DNA from: Macrostomum hystrix
Taxonomy: Eukaryota > Animalia > Platyhelminthes
Assembly: GCA_950097015.1 (NCBI GenBank)
Contig: CATNEN010000011.1
Coordinates: 6,200,001-6,264,000 of the forward strand
Direction: 5' to 3'
DNA: 64,000 nucleotides
The position numbers were made by a program, and so were the translations under genes. Below, one piece after another: positions 24,475 through 36,294 of this stretch; the first letter of the stretch is position 1; each line of letters starts with the position of its first letter. The notes beneath the pieces are model-generated. The model was given only the letters and a program-made list of their open reading frames with translations, had not been told where the DNA came from and made no database searches.

Positions 24475-27400
24475 TTAGGATATAAAGGCAGTTATCGTGG
24501 CCAGGACGTGTTCTTGACACACTGGACATTTGCTCGAGGTTTTCAGGCACACGTTGCAAGCGGCAAGATGGCTGCAAGGTAGTGTGACTTGGTTCTTCGT
24601 TCTAGACTTGCAGACAACACATTTGTCACTATTTTCGAGCCGCTCTGCGTCACAAGATGAGTCAGGCTTGCGCCTAGCATCTAATGTTTCAGAGGCCGAT
24701 CTGGAAATATGCCGAAAGTGACTGTACCTTCATAAAAGAAACTCAACGAGAAAACTTCTCACGAAGCGAGGTAAACATGACAGATTGAGACTTCCGTAAG
24801 CGCTTAAATTCGCTCAACAATCCACACTGAGCCATAAGAACAGACATCGAAGAGAGGGCTACGAAGGTGAAGGTAGGGGAGGGTAAGGGTCACACATGCT
24901 CGCTGACACGGTATCCTCAAATACACACGAATAAAGGTACATCTGCACTATCGTTCTCATCGTCTTGGGGAATTTTCTTTCTCAGGGGCAAATATTTTTT
25001 ACTTTTTCGAACTCCTAACCCGACACTCATAAGTCTGTAGCGCAAACAAATGGACTACAGGCTGACTATGACAGCAATCAATTTCCAAAACACCAGGCAC
25101 CAACCTTGGGACTTCGCCAGCAAAGTCGGGTTTCCTTCCAGTGGGAGCCGCAGCGTCTGTCTGCTGCAGAGTACTGCCTGCCATACACAGCAGCAGCAGC
25201 TTCACCAGCTCAGCAGTTGTCACCAGGCTGGCCACAGCAGCCAGGGCCGACTCGCTCAGAGCCTGTACCCGCTGCATCAGTCGGCCAGCCGACGCTGGTG
25301 GCCGCATCTCGGAAGCGTCGGCGAGGAACTCCTGCAGAGCGGCGAAGTCCACCAGATGGCGCGAGAAACCGAAGCTGTGAACCAGGTTGGGCGCGGAGCT
25401 GTTCAGGTAGTTGTCCAGCACAGCTGCTTGACTCGCTGACAACGACTTGGCGAACTTCCTAACTCTCCCGGGCTTCGCCTCGCCAACCGCTTCGTCCAGC
25501 ATGCTGAGCAGGTCTTCGTAGATGCAGCCGTCAGTGCAGTGCCGGCCAACGGACGCCGATCTGCAGTTTCAATGTGACCACACGTGTACAATCGTGTGAT
25601 AGGAATAACCCGATGTAATAAGGACTAGGGGGATTAGGCTTTCCTTGACACCGTATTTCAGGAAATGGGTAATTTAATGTGTTCTGCCTCGGTCTTTTGA
25701 GAATTTTATTGCGACCCGGGTTGTCCACTTTTTTAGCCCGCGTAGTGCGCCAGTTGGCTGGCAATAATAATAATAATAGCTTCAGGAGGGCTGCGGGCAA
25801 TGGCACATCATTTTATGACACTAGACCTGCAGCCAGCGACGAGGCAATTCTGCCCATTTCGCTGATTCCCGAGCACACACGCACACTGATACCGTACTCA
25901 GGCACACGCTCACACAGGTGTGTACATCTGCCCTGACTTTCTCATCGTCAGGCAGTGTAAACTGTCGTGCCTTGGAGGTTGGCCCTCAAGGGCGTTGCAC
26001 GACAAGCCCCCAAGCCTTCTCTCTGCGGCTGCGCCCCAAATAAATGTGGCCTCGCCGCAGAATCGAGCTCAGGGACCTTGGTGCGAGGCAAACGCGTTAA
26101 CCGCTCTGCCACCGACCGAAGGTCTGCCTTCGAGTGCTGACTTCCCCAGATCGTACAGGTTTCGAGGACACATGCAGCAGAAGTGGCGCACGCCGATTTC
26201 CAACGCTAATTTCGGAGCGGACGCCCACACTGGCTAGTCCATCTGGCTTTCTCAGAGTGGGCGCCGTGCGCTCTCAGTGCGCTCCGCATTTTGAAGATAA
26301 TCGGCGACACACAAAAGCTTCAAGCTGGTTTTCTGCAGAGCCTGCGACTGTAATTGCTGCCACATTTAGCTTAACTGAGCTGCGAGCTTCGTTCCTTGTT
26401 AAATCATACGTACCCTTTAACGCCTGGTCTCTAAATTAAGAGAATGAAATTTCCAAACAATTTTAACACCGATAGGATTTTCCGGCTAAACCGTCCAGAG
26501 GAGGAGGGTATTCAAGACCGTCTTGGTGGACAATACTGACCCTAATTTAAGATATTCAAGACCGTCTTGGTGGACAATACTGAACCTAATTTAAGATGTT
26601 CAAGACCGTCTTGGTGGACAATACTGACCCTAATTTAAGATGTTCAAGACCGTCTTGGTGGACAATGCTGACCCTAATTTAAGATGTTCAAGACCGTCTT
26701 GGTGGACAATACTGACCCTAATTTAAGATGTTCAAGACCGTCTTGGTGGACAATACTGACCCTAATTTAAGATGTTCAAGACCGTCTTGGTGGACAATAC
26801 TGACCCTAATTTAAGATGTTCAAGACCGTCTTGTGGACAATACTGACCCTAATTTAAGATGTTCAAGACCGTCTTGGTGGACAATACTGACCCTAATTTA
26901 AGATGTTCAAGACCGTCTTGTGGACAATACTGACCCTTATTTAAGATGTTCAAGACCGTCTTGGTGGACAATACTGACCCTAATTTAAGATGTTCAAGAC
27001 CGTCTTGGTGGACAATACTGACCCTAATTTAAGATGTTCAAGACCGTCTTGGTGGACAATACCGATCCTATTTTATGATGTTCAAGACCGTTTTGGTGGA
27101 CAATACCGATCCTATTTTATGATGTTCAAGACCGTCTTGGTGGACAATACCGATCCTATTTTATGATGTTCAAGACCGTCTTGGTGGACAATACCGATCC
27201 TATTTTATGATGTTCAAGACTGTCAGAATCTTAACAGGACTTAGAATGCCGACCCAAATTGATGACGCTAAAAACCGTTTTATTATAAAACTTTGATATG
27301 TTAACGGCACCAAGCGTTGGGACTGTTCAGTACCCACACCCACAGTTCATTGGTCACGTCATTGGATCATAAAAGCAATACGGTGCAGAGGGTACAGTAT

Positions 27401-28702
27401 GCGGGGCGGGTTATGTTCTACCCTGGCCTGGTTTGGTACGATTGCATGCTTACGATTTGCTAAATGCAACGCCAGTGACAACTAAAATTATTCACCCCAG
27501 CTGCTGACACTGCTTCAGCGATTGTATCGAAATGTAGTCGCAGCAGAAACAGAATTCCGTCATTTCATCGCCGCTAGAACTTCTCAGAGACCATCCGGTG
27601 CGGGCTCTCTGAGCAGCCAAGGCAGCTGGCAGCCCAGAGCGCTGATAGCTGGCTAACCGCTTGCTGAACTCCACAGCACGAGGCTGCGCCATGGTAACCA
27701 GGAGCATCAGAACCGTGGCTAAAGAGAGCGAAATCGGTACTGAAGAGGGTCGAAGACTCGGGCCTTGGTCAGAAGCATCAGTACAGCAGTTGGAGGGAGC
27801 CAAATCGGTACTGAAGAGGGTGGAAGACTCGGGCCTTGGTCAGAAGCATCAGTACAGCAGTTGGAGGGAGCCAAATCGGTACTGAAGAGGGTGGAAGACT
27901 CGGGCCTTGGTCAGAAGCATCAGTACAGCAGTTGGAGGGAGCCAAATCGGTACTGAAGAGGGTGGAAGACTCGGGCCTTGGTCAGAAGCATCAGTACAGC
28001 AGTTGGAGGGAGCCAAATCGGTACTGAAGAGGGTCGAAGACTCGGGCCGTGGTCAGAAGCATCAGTACAGCAGTTGGAGGGAGCCAAATCGGTACTGAAG
28101 AGGGTCGAAGACTCGGGCCTTGGTCAGAAGCATCAGTACAGCAGTTGGAGGGAGCCAAATCGGTACTGAAGAGGGTGGAAGACTCGGGCCGTGGTCAGAA
28201 GCATCAGTACAGCAGTTGGAGGGAGCCAAATCGGTACTGAAGAGGGTGGAAGACTCGGGCCTTGGTCAGAAGCATCAGTACAGCAGTTGGAGGGAGCCAA
28301 ATCGGTACTGAAGAGGGTGGAAGACTCGGGCCTTGGTCAGAAGCATCAGTACAGCAGTTGGAGGGAGCCAAATCGGTACTGAAGAGGGTCGAAGACTCGG
28401 GCCGTGGTCAGAAGCATCAGTACAGCAGTTGGAGGGAGCCAAATCGGTACTGAAGAGGGTCGAAGACTCGGGCCTTGGTCAGAAGCATCAGTACAGCAGT
28501 TGGAGGGAGCCAAATCGGTACTGAAGAGGGTGGAAGACTCGGGCTCGAACTCACCTACAACCCTTTGGGTCAGCTGCGAATCGATCCTAAAGCGTGGATT
28601 GGAAGCGGCCTGATCATCCAGTTGACGCCTGAGCATTTCAGTTAGTTCATCAGACAAGAGCCAGGTGATTGAGCTAACTGTTTTTAGTAGAATAGCACTC
28701 AT
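24475..28702 (-). CDS. Putative RING-HC E3 ubiquitin ligase, ~368 aa; exons 28702-28522(?), 27739(?)-27496, 25560-25105, 24700-24475
   Basis: The last exon is absent from the ORF track. It reads KCVVCKSRTKNQVTLPCSHLAACNVCLKTSSKCPVCQEHVLATITAFIS*, a C-terminal C3HC4 RING of the IAP/Mib-like type. Junctions 27496|25560 and 25105|24700 are both phase 2 with GT-AG. The first junction across the 71-bp array and the exact last acceptor (24700, 24721 or 24727) are uncertain. Confidence 0.7.
25760..26112 (-). mobile_element. SINE family 1 copy, near full-length
   Basis: Reverse complement of the family consensus with an (AAT)n tail at 25763. Confidence 0.9.
26511..27220. repeat. 44-bp minisatellite (TTCAAGACCGTCTTGGTGGACAATACTGACCCTAATTTAAGATG)
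   Basis: About 16 units. The last four share the variant ACCGATCCTATTTTATG. Confidence 0.97.
27731..28543. repeat. 71-bp tandem array (11 full units plus a partial unit) interrupting the RING gene
   Basis: AAATCGGTACTGAAGAGGGT recurs from 27731 to 28512 with an exact 71-bp period. Confidence 0.97.
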
Positions 28703-29200
28703 TTTCGCTGCACTTACTGGCTTGTGTTTAAGGGCGGATCACAGGCTGGCACAGTGATTTACATTAGCGACCTCAGGGTACCTGCGTCTTATACCTGTAT
28801 ATCTGGCTTATGTACACTTGTAGAGATTCGAGCATTTATTGTAAAGTGTTCACGATATCAACTTGAAGATTAAAAAATGCCCTTTGTCGCAAACTAGGCC
28901 TGTTGCCTTCGAAATCTTAAATTAAGCATGACGTGACTTGGCGACAGACAAATTCTCCACTTTTACGAATAAAACTGATCAAACTTCTGTTTTTAACTAC
29001 AAGGTCGACTATACACAAAAAAGATATTATCTGAAGTATCATATGCTATTTATATTGATTACAAGAAACTGTGAAACCTCACGGCCACAGTTGATGGAAA
29101 TTAGGTGGTACTAAGTGACGTCACACCTAAAATGTTTACTTTTAGTTTTTTAATAATTATATTTTACTCTTTTTTTAGGAAACAAATTCTTGCAGTAAAG

Positions 29201-29551
29201 CAGGGGTCGGCAAACTTATTAGCAAGCGGGCCAAAGAGAGAACCTAAAATACGACAGCGGGACGTATTGACTGTAGAAATATGAGATAGTGGAGAGATGA
29301 AACACGGGAGAGACGAGACATGGGAGAGATGAGACAGGGGAGAGATGAGACACGGGAGAGGACAGATAAGACACGTGAGAGGAGAGATAAGACACGTGAG
29401 AGGAGAGATAAGACACAGGAGAGGAGAGATAAGAGATATGCGACAGGGAGAGATGAAACAGGATACTGCAGGTGTCGGAAGGGGCAACGGACCAGATTTG
29501 GGAGCTTCGAGGGCCGCATCTGGCACGCGGGCCGGAGTTTGCCGACCCCTG
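29201..29551. mobile_element. hAT-superfamily MITE (351 bp) with an internal GA-rich repeat
   Basis: Perfect 16-bp TIRs CAGGGGTCGGCAAACT. The 8-bp TSD is CAGTAAAG / CAGTAAAT (7/8 identical). Confidence 0.88.
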
Positions 29552-29984
29552 CAGTAAATACTATAACCGATACTAAAATAAAAAAGGCTACATTTCGAAT
29601 AATTAAGGTCAGACTGAAGCTGCAAATTTAAAGTACTCTCGAATATTAGTCCAAATATGTAGCCGAGATTCTGTAACAAACGCCTTGCAATTAGTTTTTT
29701 TAATTATGACAGCAAAAACACATCTATGAAGTCAAACAAGCATATTATGACCAGAAAATATAGTACAATGTAGTAATAACTAACAATAAGCATGACTAGG
29801 ATTAAAACAATGACTGCAAAATATATATGTAGCAAGTCGCTAGAAAATGATGACCTATCTTTGTGACCAATTGGAGATGACTTTTATGAATAGTTATTAT
29901 TGTTATTACAGTTTTTATGACTAGTTTACAGTTCTTATGACTAATGTAAACACTTCTAAATGACCAACACAGACAATGACCAAT

Positions 29985-30720
29985 GACCAATATAGACTAT
30001 TTTCAATGACCAATCTAGACACTTTACTATGACCAATCTAGACACTTTACTATGACCAATCTAGACACTTTACTATGACCAATCTAGACACTTTACTATG
30101 ACCAATCAAGACACTTTACTATGACCAATCTAGACACTTTACTATGACCAATCTAGACACTTTACTATGACCAATCTAGACACTTTACTATGACCAATCT
30201 AGAAACTTTACTATGACCAATCTAGACACTTTACTATGACCAATCTAGACACTTTACTATGACCAATCTAGAAACTTTACTATGACCAATCTAGACACTT
30301 TACTATGACCAATCAAGACACTTTACTATGACCAATCAAGACACTTTACTATGACCTATCAAGACACTTTACTATGACCAATCAAGACACTTTACTATGA
30401 CCAATCTAGACACTTTACTATGACCAATCTAGAAACTTTACTATGACCAATCTAGACACTTTACTATGACCAATCTAGACACTTTACTATGACCAATCTA
30501 GACACTTTACTATGACCAATCTAGACACTTTACTATGACCAATCTAGACACTTTACTATGACCAATCTAGAAACTTTACTATGACCAATCAAGACACTTT
30601 ACTATGACCAATCAAGACACTTTACTATGACCTATCAAGACACTACTATGACCAATCAAGACACTTTACTATGACCAATCTAGACACTTTACTATGACCA
30701 ATCTAGACACTTATTAATAA
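29985..30720. repeat. 23-bp minisatellite (GACCAATCTAGACACTTTACTAT)
   Basis: About 31 units. Confidence 0.97.
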
Positions 30721-31379
30721 CCACTATGGAAACCTAGACAAAGACCTATATGAACCAATAAAGACCTATAAAGAATGAAGACATAAAACACTTCTATAAA
30801 AAGTGTGTGACTAGAAGTTTAGCAACTGATATCATTAAGTTGAAAAGGAAAAACATTAAAAGGAAAAACAGCAATCCTCAAAATGGTCAGGCTAACAATG
30901 GTCAGTGAGTCGGAAATAAAAAAGACGATTTTACAAAGACAATGCGTCAAAAAGCAGGGAAAATTGCACAACAGCTGACAGAATAACAATATTGTCTTGT
31001 AAAAAAAATGGTTGCTGTCCTTTGAAACAAAAAATAATAAAAAGCAATCAGGCCAGGCAAGATACTTCAGTACACTTTAAATTTCTAATTAAAAGTGCCG
31101 GTTATAGTCAGGGCAAGGAATGGACAATAGGAAAGTTAGAAGCTTAGAAATCGAGAGAAAACTTAAAACAGCTATGATATAAAGCGAAAAACACTCAGTT
31201 AAACTTTTAAAACAAAAACAAAAACGAGACCAGTCAATTGAGGCTTCCTTTCAAGCTTAGAGCATGTATAGAGCTCGAGTCTTCTTACTCAAAGGTTATA
31301 TTTTTCTAGGAAATACAGGGAATCTAAGACAAAAATATTATGAGCTACAGCTTTCACCGAATAATTCTTAGGGAAATCC

Positions 31380-31980
31380 CAGTCTATCAATCAAAAAAGG
31401 GGAATCCCAGTCTGCTAATCAGTGATAAAAAGGGGAATCCCAGCCTGCTAATCAGTGATAAAAAGGGGAATCCCAGTCTGCTAATCATGATAAAAAGGGG
31501 AATCCCAGTCTGCTAATCAGTGATAAAAAGGGGAATCCCAGTCTGCTAACCAGTGATAAAAATGGGAATCCCAGTCTGCTAATCATGATAAAAAGGGGAA
31601 TCCCAGTCTGCTAATCAGTGATAAAAAGGGGAATCCCAGTCTGCTAATCAGTGATAAAGGGGAATCCCAGCCTGCTAATCAGTGATAAAAAGGGGAATCC
31701 CAGTCTGCTAATCAGTGATAAAAGGGGAATCCCTCTCTGCAAATCAGTGATAAAAAGGGGAATCCCAGTCTACAAATCAGTGATAGCTACATGATTGAGC
31801 AAAGGGAGATCCCAGTCTACCAATCAACCAATCAAAAGGAGAATCCCAGTCTGCTAATCAGTGATAAAATAGGAATCTGAGTATAAAAATCAGTGATAAA
31901 AAGGGAAATCCCAGTTCACGACCAGTGATTTAAAAGGGAAATCCCAGTTCACGACCAGTGATTTAAAAGGGAAATCCCCG
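31380..31980. repeat. ~33-bp minisatellite (AAAAAGGGGAATCCCAGTCTGCTAATCAGTGAT)
   Basis: About 18 units, degenerating at both ends, immediately 3' of the PPxY gene. Confidence 0.93.
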
Positions 31981-32080
31981 ACCTTCATAACACAATCAAC
32001 GCGGGCAGTCCCAGTGTACTACAGAGAATCCCAATCGACGCGCAAGACTGGGAAATCCCTGCCGCGGGTGCCAGACCGGA

Positions 32081-32872
32081 TCACAGAGCGGTCCGCTCCG
32101 GATGCATGCAGGAGGCGTAGGACGGCGGCATTGTGGTGGACACGTCCTCCCAGGGCCCGCTGCTGTCATGCTGGCCGCTCCTCTGCCCGCCGGCTGCCCG
32201 TCCGCCGTACCTGGAGCCGCCGCCGCCGCCACGTCGAACAAAGATTGGCCGTCTGGAGCCGGGCGAGCTGCCAACACCGCAGGCGTAGCCACCGCCACCG
32301 GCGCCTCCTCCTCCGCCGCCGCCGCCAGCACCGAAGCTCAGCGCTGGCTCCAACTCGGCGATAGAAGCTCCGGCAGGATGTCCGCCGCTGCCGCTGGCGC
32401 TGGCGCTGCCGCCCACGCAGCCGTTGCTGCACCAGCGGCATCTCTGACCTTGCTGCTGCTGACGACGGCGTCTCTGCTGTTGGTCGTCTCCTAGAGGCGG
32501 CGGCCGCTGCATGTACCACTGGTCCTCCTCGCCCTGTTCGCGCCGACCGTCAGGACTGACGGGTCGCCGGCAGCAGCGGCGCATACAGGCCACACGCTGG
32601 CGCCGGAACACGCTGTCCAGAGCCAGGGCCAGTAGCACAATTAGACCGGCGCCAAGCACTGCCACAAACACATGAGTCTGCGAGATCTCCGTCAGAGCTC
32701 CGCCGCCTCCGCCTTCTCCTCCTCGACTGTGGCCGCCCGACTCGGTGATTGAAATCGCGGGCGAAGGAGTCGAAGATGAAGCTGGCGATGAAGAGACAGG
32801 CATTGTTGCGCTGACATTGGCGACTGCAGTATCAGCAGCGGGTGCGCGACTGACGGACACCAGCGACACCAT
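32081..32872 (-). CDS. Putative single-pass membrane protein with Ser/Thr-rich ectodomain, juxtamembrane Cys/Arg and a C-terminal PPSY motif
   Basis: GC-rich 263-codon ORF. It has one hydrophobic stretch (VFVAVLGAGLIVLLALALDSVF) followed by RRQRVACMRRCCRR, a Gly/Gln-rich tail and MPPSYASC. No family was recognised. Confidence 0.6.
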   Translation of the reverse strand: MVSLVSVSRAPAADTAVANVSATMPVSSSPASSSTPSPAISITESGGHSRGGEGGGGGALTEISQTHVFVAVLGAGLIVLLALALDSVFRRQRVACMRRCCRRPVSPDGRREQGEEDQWYMQRPPPLGDDQQQRRRRQQQQGQRCRWCSNGCVGGSASASGSGGHPAGASIAELEPALSFGAGGGGGGGGAGGGGYACGVGSSPGSRRPIFVRRGGGGGSRYGGRAAGGQRSGQHDSSGPWEDVSTTMPPSYASCMHPERTAL

Positions 32873-33012
32873 CACTGCAGTGGCCTGTCACAATACTGGC
32901 TGGCCTAGGACAGCAAAAAACTGGAGCCGCCGGCTTCTGGCCGAACTGACGACACAGCCTTGAAAACAATGTGGAGTATAATCAGCGGATAGATTAGCAA
33001 TCCATTTTAAAA

Positions 33013-33385
33013 CTACACCTGTGCGCATAGACTAGCAATCCATTATTATACTACACCTGTGCGCATAGACTAGCAATCCATTCTTATCCTACACCTGTGC
33101 GCATAGACTAGCAATCCATTATTATCCTACACCTGTGCGCATAGACTAGCAATCCATTCTTATCCTACACCTGTGCGCATAGACTAGCAATCCATTCTTA
33201 TCCTACACCTGTGCGCATAGACTAGCAATCCATTCTTATCCTACACCTGTGCGCATAGACTAGCAATCCATTATTATCCTACACCTGTGCGCATAGACTA
33301 GCAATCCATTCTTATCCTACACCTGTGCGCATAGACTAGCAATCCATTCTTATCCTACACCTGTGCGCATAGACTAGCAATCCAC
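33013..33385. repeat. 38-bp minisatellite (CTACACCTGTGCGCATAGACTAGCAATCCATTCTTATC)
   Basis: About 10 units. Confidence 0.97.
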
Positions 33386-34044
33386 TTAAATTCTACATTT
33401 TAAACAAACGCCATAGCAACTCACCCTCGGGTAAGGCAAAATCAGATAAAAAGAAAGGACAGGTAAGAAATTTAGCTGTCTGGCAAAGCGCCGGGTTACA
33501 TTCAAGCAAGCATTTTATCCGAGTCTATTCCTTGTCGTTTTTCATCATTGACGAATGGGATAACGTCGAATGGGAATTTTCCGAGCATGGATAGAAGGGC
33601 TTGTTAGGAAAGATAGAATTTATCTGTGCGTTTTTATATTAAAAAATCTAAAAGCAGACAGGAGGCAGAATTGAGGCGAAGAAACGAGGAGTCAGTCAGA
33701 TGTTCCTTTCAAGCAGTCGCTGCATGGAGACAAGACGGGCACAGGGCATCCTTTTATCCCTGGATTTCTATCCCCAGTGTCCACACCCAATTTCCCCTCT
33801 TTTGCAAAGCTGAGGGCCTAGCAATGATGCAGCCTCGCAGCTTTCAAAAAAGACGATTTAAATTTTGAAATGCTACCTGCCCCAACCAGAAAATCTCCCC
33901 AAAGGATTGGAACCCTATAGGTACAGGCTTGGAATGAATTCCTATGTTTGTGTGGATAAGATGCGGATAAGTTCAGAAGCGGAAACAGGATTTAAAGTTC
34001 ATTGCCTTCTACTCTTAGAGATAACTATATATTTCAAGGTCAAC

Positions 34045-34712
34045 TGAGTCAATGAGTAAATGAGTGAGTGAGTGTGTGAGTGAATGAGTGGGTGAGTGAG
34101 TGAGTGAGTGCGTGAGTGAGTGAGTGAGTGAGTGTTTGAGTGAATGAGAGAGTGAGTGAGTGAGTGAGTGAGTGAGTGAGTGACTGAGTGAGTGAGTGAG
34201 TGAGTGAGTAAGTGAGTTAGTGAGTGAGTGGGTGAGTGAGTGAGTGAGTGAGTGACTGAGTGAGTGAGTGAGTGAGTGAGTGAGTGAGTGAGTGAGTGAG
34301 TGAGTGAGTGACTGACTGACTGAGTGAGTAAGTGAGTGACGGGGTGAGTGAGTGAGTGAGTGAGTTAGTGAGTGACTGAGTGAGTGAGTGACTGAGTGAG
34401 TAAGTGAGTTAGTGAGTGACGGGGTGAGTGAGTGAGTGACTGAGTGACTGAGTGAGTGAGTGAGTGAGTGAGTGAGTGAGTGAGTGACTGAGTGAGTGAG
34501 TGAGTGAGTGAGTGAGTGAGTGAGTGAGTGACTGAGTGAGTAAGTGAGTTAGTGAGTGAGTGAGTGACTGAGTGAGTAAGTGAGTTAGTGAGTGAGTGAG
34601 TGAGTGAGTGAGTGAGTGAGTTAGTGAGTGAGTGAGTGAGTTAGTGAGTGCGTGAGTGAGTTAGTGAGTGAGTGAGTGAGTGAGTGAGTGAGTGAGTGAG
34701 TGAGTGAGTGAG
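34045..34712. repeat. (GAGT)n microsatellite
   Basis: Long tetranucleotide run with GACT/AAGT/TAGT variants. Confidence 0.97.
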
Positions 34713-35173
34713 TAAATTAATGAAAGAGATAGGTTTGAGTCTGTGAAGGACACGAAGCTCCGAAAAGCAGGGTGATAGTGTCTGTTAGAGACAGCTTCAG
34801 TAACACAGGCAGACAGGTAAATAAATTTGATAAAATGTTTTGAACTGAGGGTCAGAAAAAAATGATTAGACTGATAAAGACAAAACAGAGAGATGCAATA
34901 GAAAATGTGGGATTTTTCCAGAATGAAAAATGCTGGCAAACACCTGCCCACCACCCAACTAGATAATTTCCAATGACCATCTAAAACTAGCATCTTCTAA
35001 AAGAAAAACGATGAAATAAATAAGAAGCAATCACTTATAAATAACAGGTTAGTGAATAATATTTACGGTTTTTTACTTTCAAATTACATGCAATTGTGAG
35101 TTGTTATTAAACAATAAATTAACCAGTCTGTGTTGCATAAATATTTTCTCGCGTTTATTCAGTTGAGTATACA

Positions 35174-35595
35174 CCCTGTAAAAAATTCGGCTGCTTCTAC
35201 GGCGGGTTTTTTGTGCAAAATAGGAGTGGAATCTACCAAAATCCCCCCTATCTCGCAAGAGTTAAAGAAACCACCCAGGAAGCAGCCGATGTAGCCGTAA
35301 ATTGTGCGGAAACCGCCGAAGAATCACCCGAACCAGTGGCCCATGGGACAACCAGAGAATTATTTACGGGCGATTCCTCGGCGGTTTCTGAGCATGGAAT
35401 CTTCCGAACTGGAGGATTCTTTGGGTGATTCCAATTCGCCACCAAGAAGCACCGAGAAAACGCCCAGTTGGGTAGATTCTAAGCATGGAATCATCCGATT
35501 GGTATGTTTCCAGCGTTCGGCTGTTTCTTTTTCTGGAAACACCGCAGATTCCAACTGGAATCACCCAAAGAAACATCCCTATTTTTTTTAGCGGG
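35174..35595. mobile_element. Possible non-autonomous CMC/EnSpm-like DNA transposon (422 bp)
   Basis: The ends CCCTGTAAAAAA / TTTTTTAGCGGG are 10/12 inverted and CA is duplicated on both sides. There are many internal GGAATC/GATTCC motifs and a 19-bp inverted pair (TCTTTGGGTGATTCCAATT). Confidence 0.5.
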
Positions 35596-35867
35596 CAGTA
35601 ACAAAAGTGCAGATCTAGAATAATGTTTTATTGATCTCGCGTATAAACGAATTACAAGCTTGCAATAAGCAGTGTTTTTTAAGACAAAGCAATCAACAAA
35701 TTGGTGTATCGAGAGACTCAAAAAACTTTTTTGAGATGGGATTGATCTCAGGTATGGGACACTACTTAATCGATGATTTGGGTCAAACTAACTAAAAAAA
35801 CAAATTTCCTTTCTGGGCTCATAGCAACAACTAATTTATCAGTAAAACTGAATTTATCTACCAGTAG

Positions 35868-36012
35868 ACTGAACTTATCTACCAGTAAGACTGAACTTAT
35901 CTACCAGTAAGACTGAACTTATCTACCAGTAAGACTGAACTTATCTACCAGTAAGACTGAACTTATCTACCAGTAGAGTGAACTTATCTACCAGTAGAGT
36001 GAACTTATCTAC
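35868..36012. repeat. 22-bp minisatellite (GACTGAACTTATCTACCAGTAA)
   Basis: About 6 units. Confidence 0.9.
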
Positions 36013-36294
36013 TAGTGATTATATAAAGTAACAATTTATTAACTCACAGAGAGTTCAAACAAATTTTTTCTTATAGAAAGTTAATAACAAACGTAAAATT
36101 CGGAAAGGCAGCCTACACGATATGTATCGAAAAAAACACAAAATAAAATGAGCCGGCAATAGTGTAGTGAGCTGGTTGAGAGTTACAAAGAAGGCGGAGG
36201 TGGGTACTACAGAAACACCACACGAAAATAACAGCTTAATTAGAATGGGACTTCAGCAGGTCAGGTGTGAATAGTTTCAATCCGAATTGGGCAA

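Noticed and set aside
26130-26400. GC-rich segment as an extra exon of the RING gene
   Set aside because: The phase-2 acceptors I tried hit a stop within a few codons, and the flanking exons join in phase without it.
27765-28613. Series of near-identical 63-aa plus-strand ORFs, or a CRISPR-like array
   Set aside because: They are produced by the 71-bp periodicity. There are no unique spacers and no cas genes, and the context is eukaryotic. The same applies to the 44-bp and 38-bp arrays.
33530-33680. FIIDEWD Walker-B-like peptide
   Set aside because: A stop follows within ten codons, there is no Walker A nearby, and it would need a frameshift.
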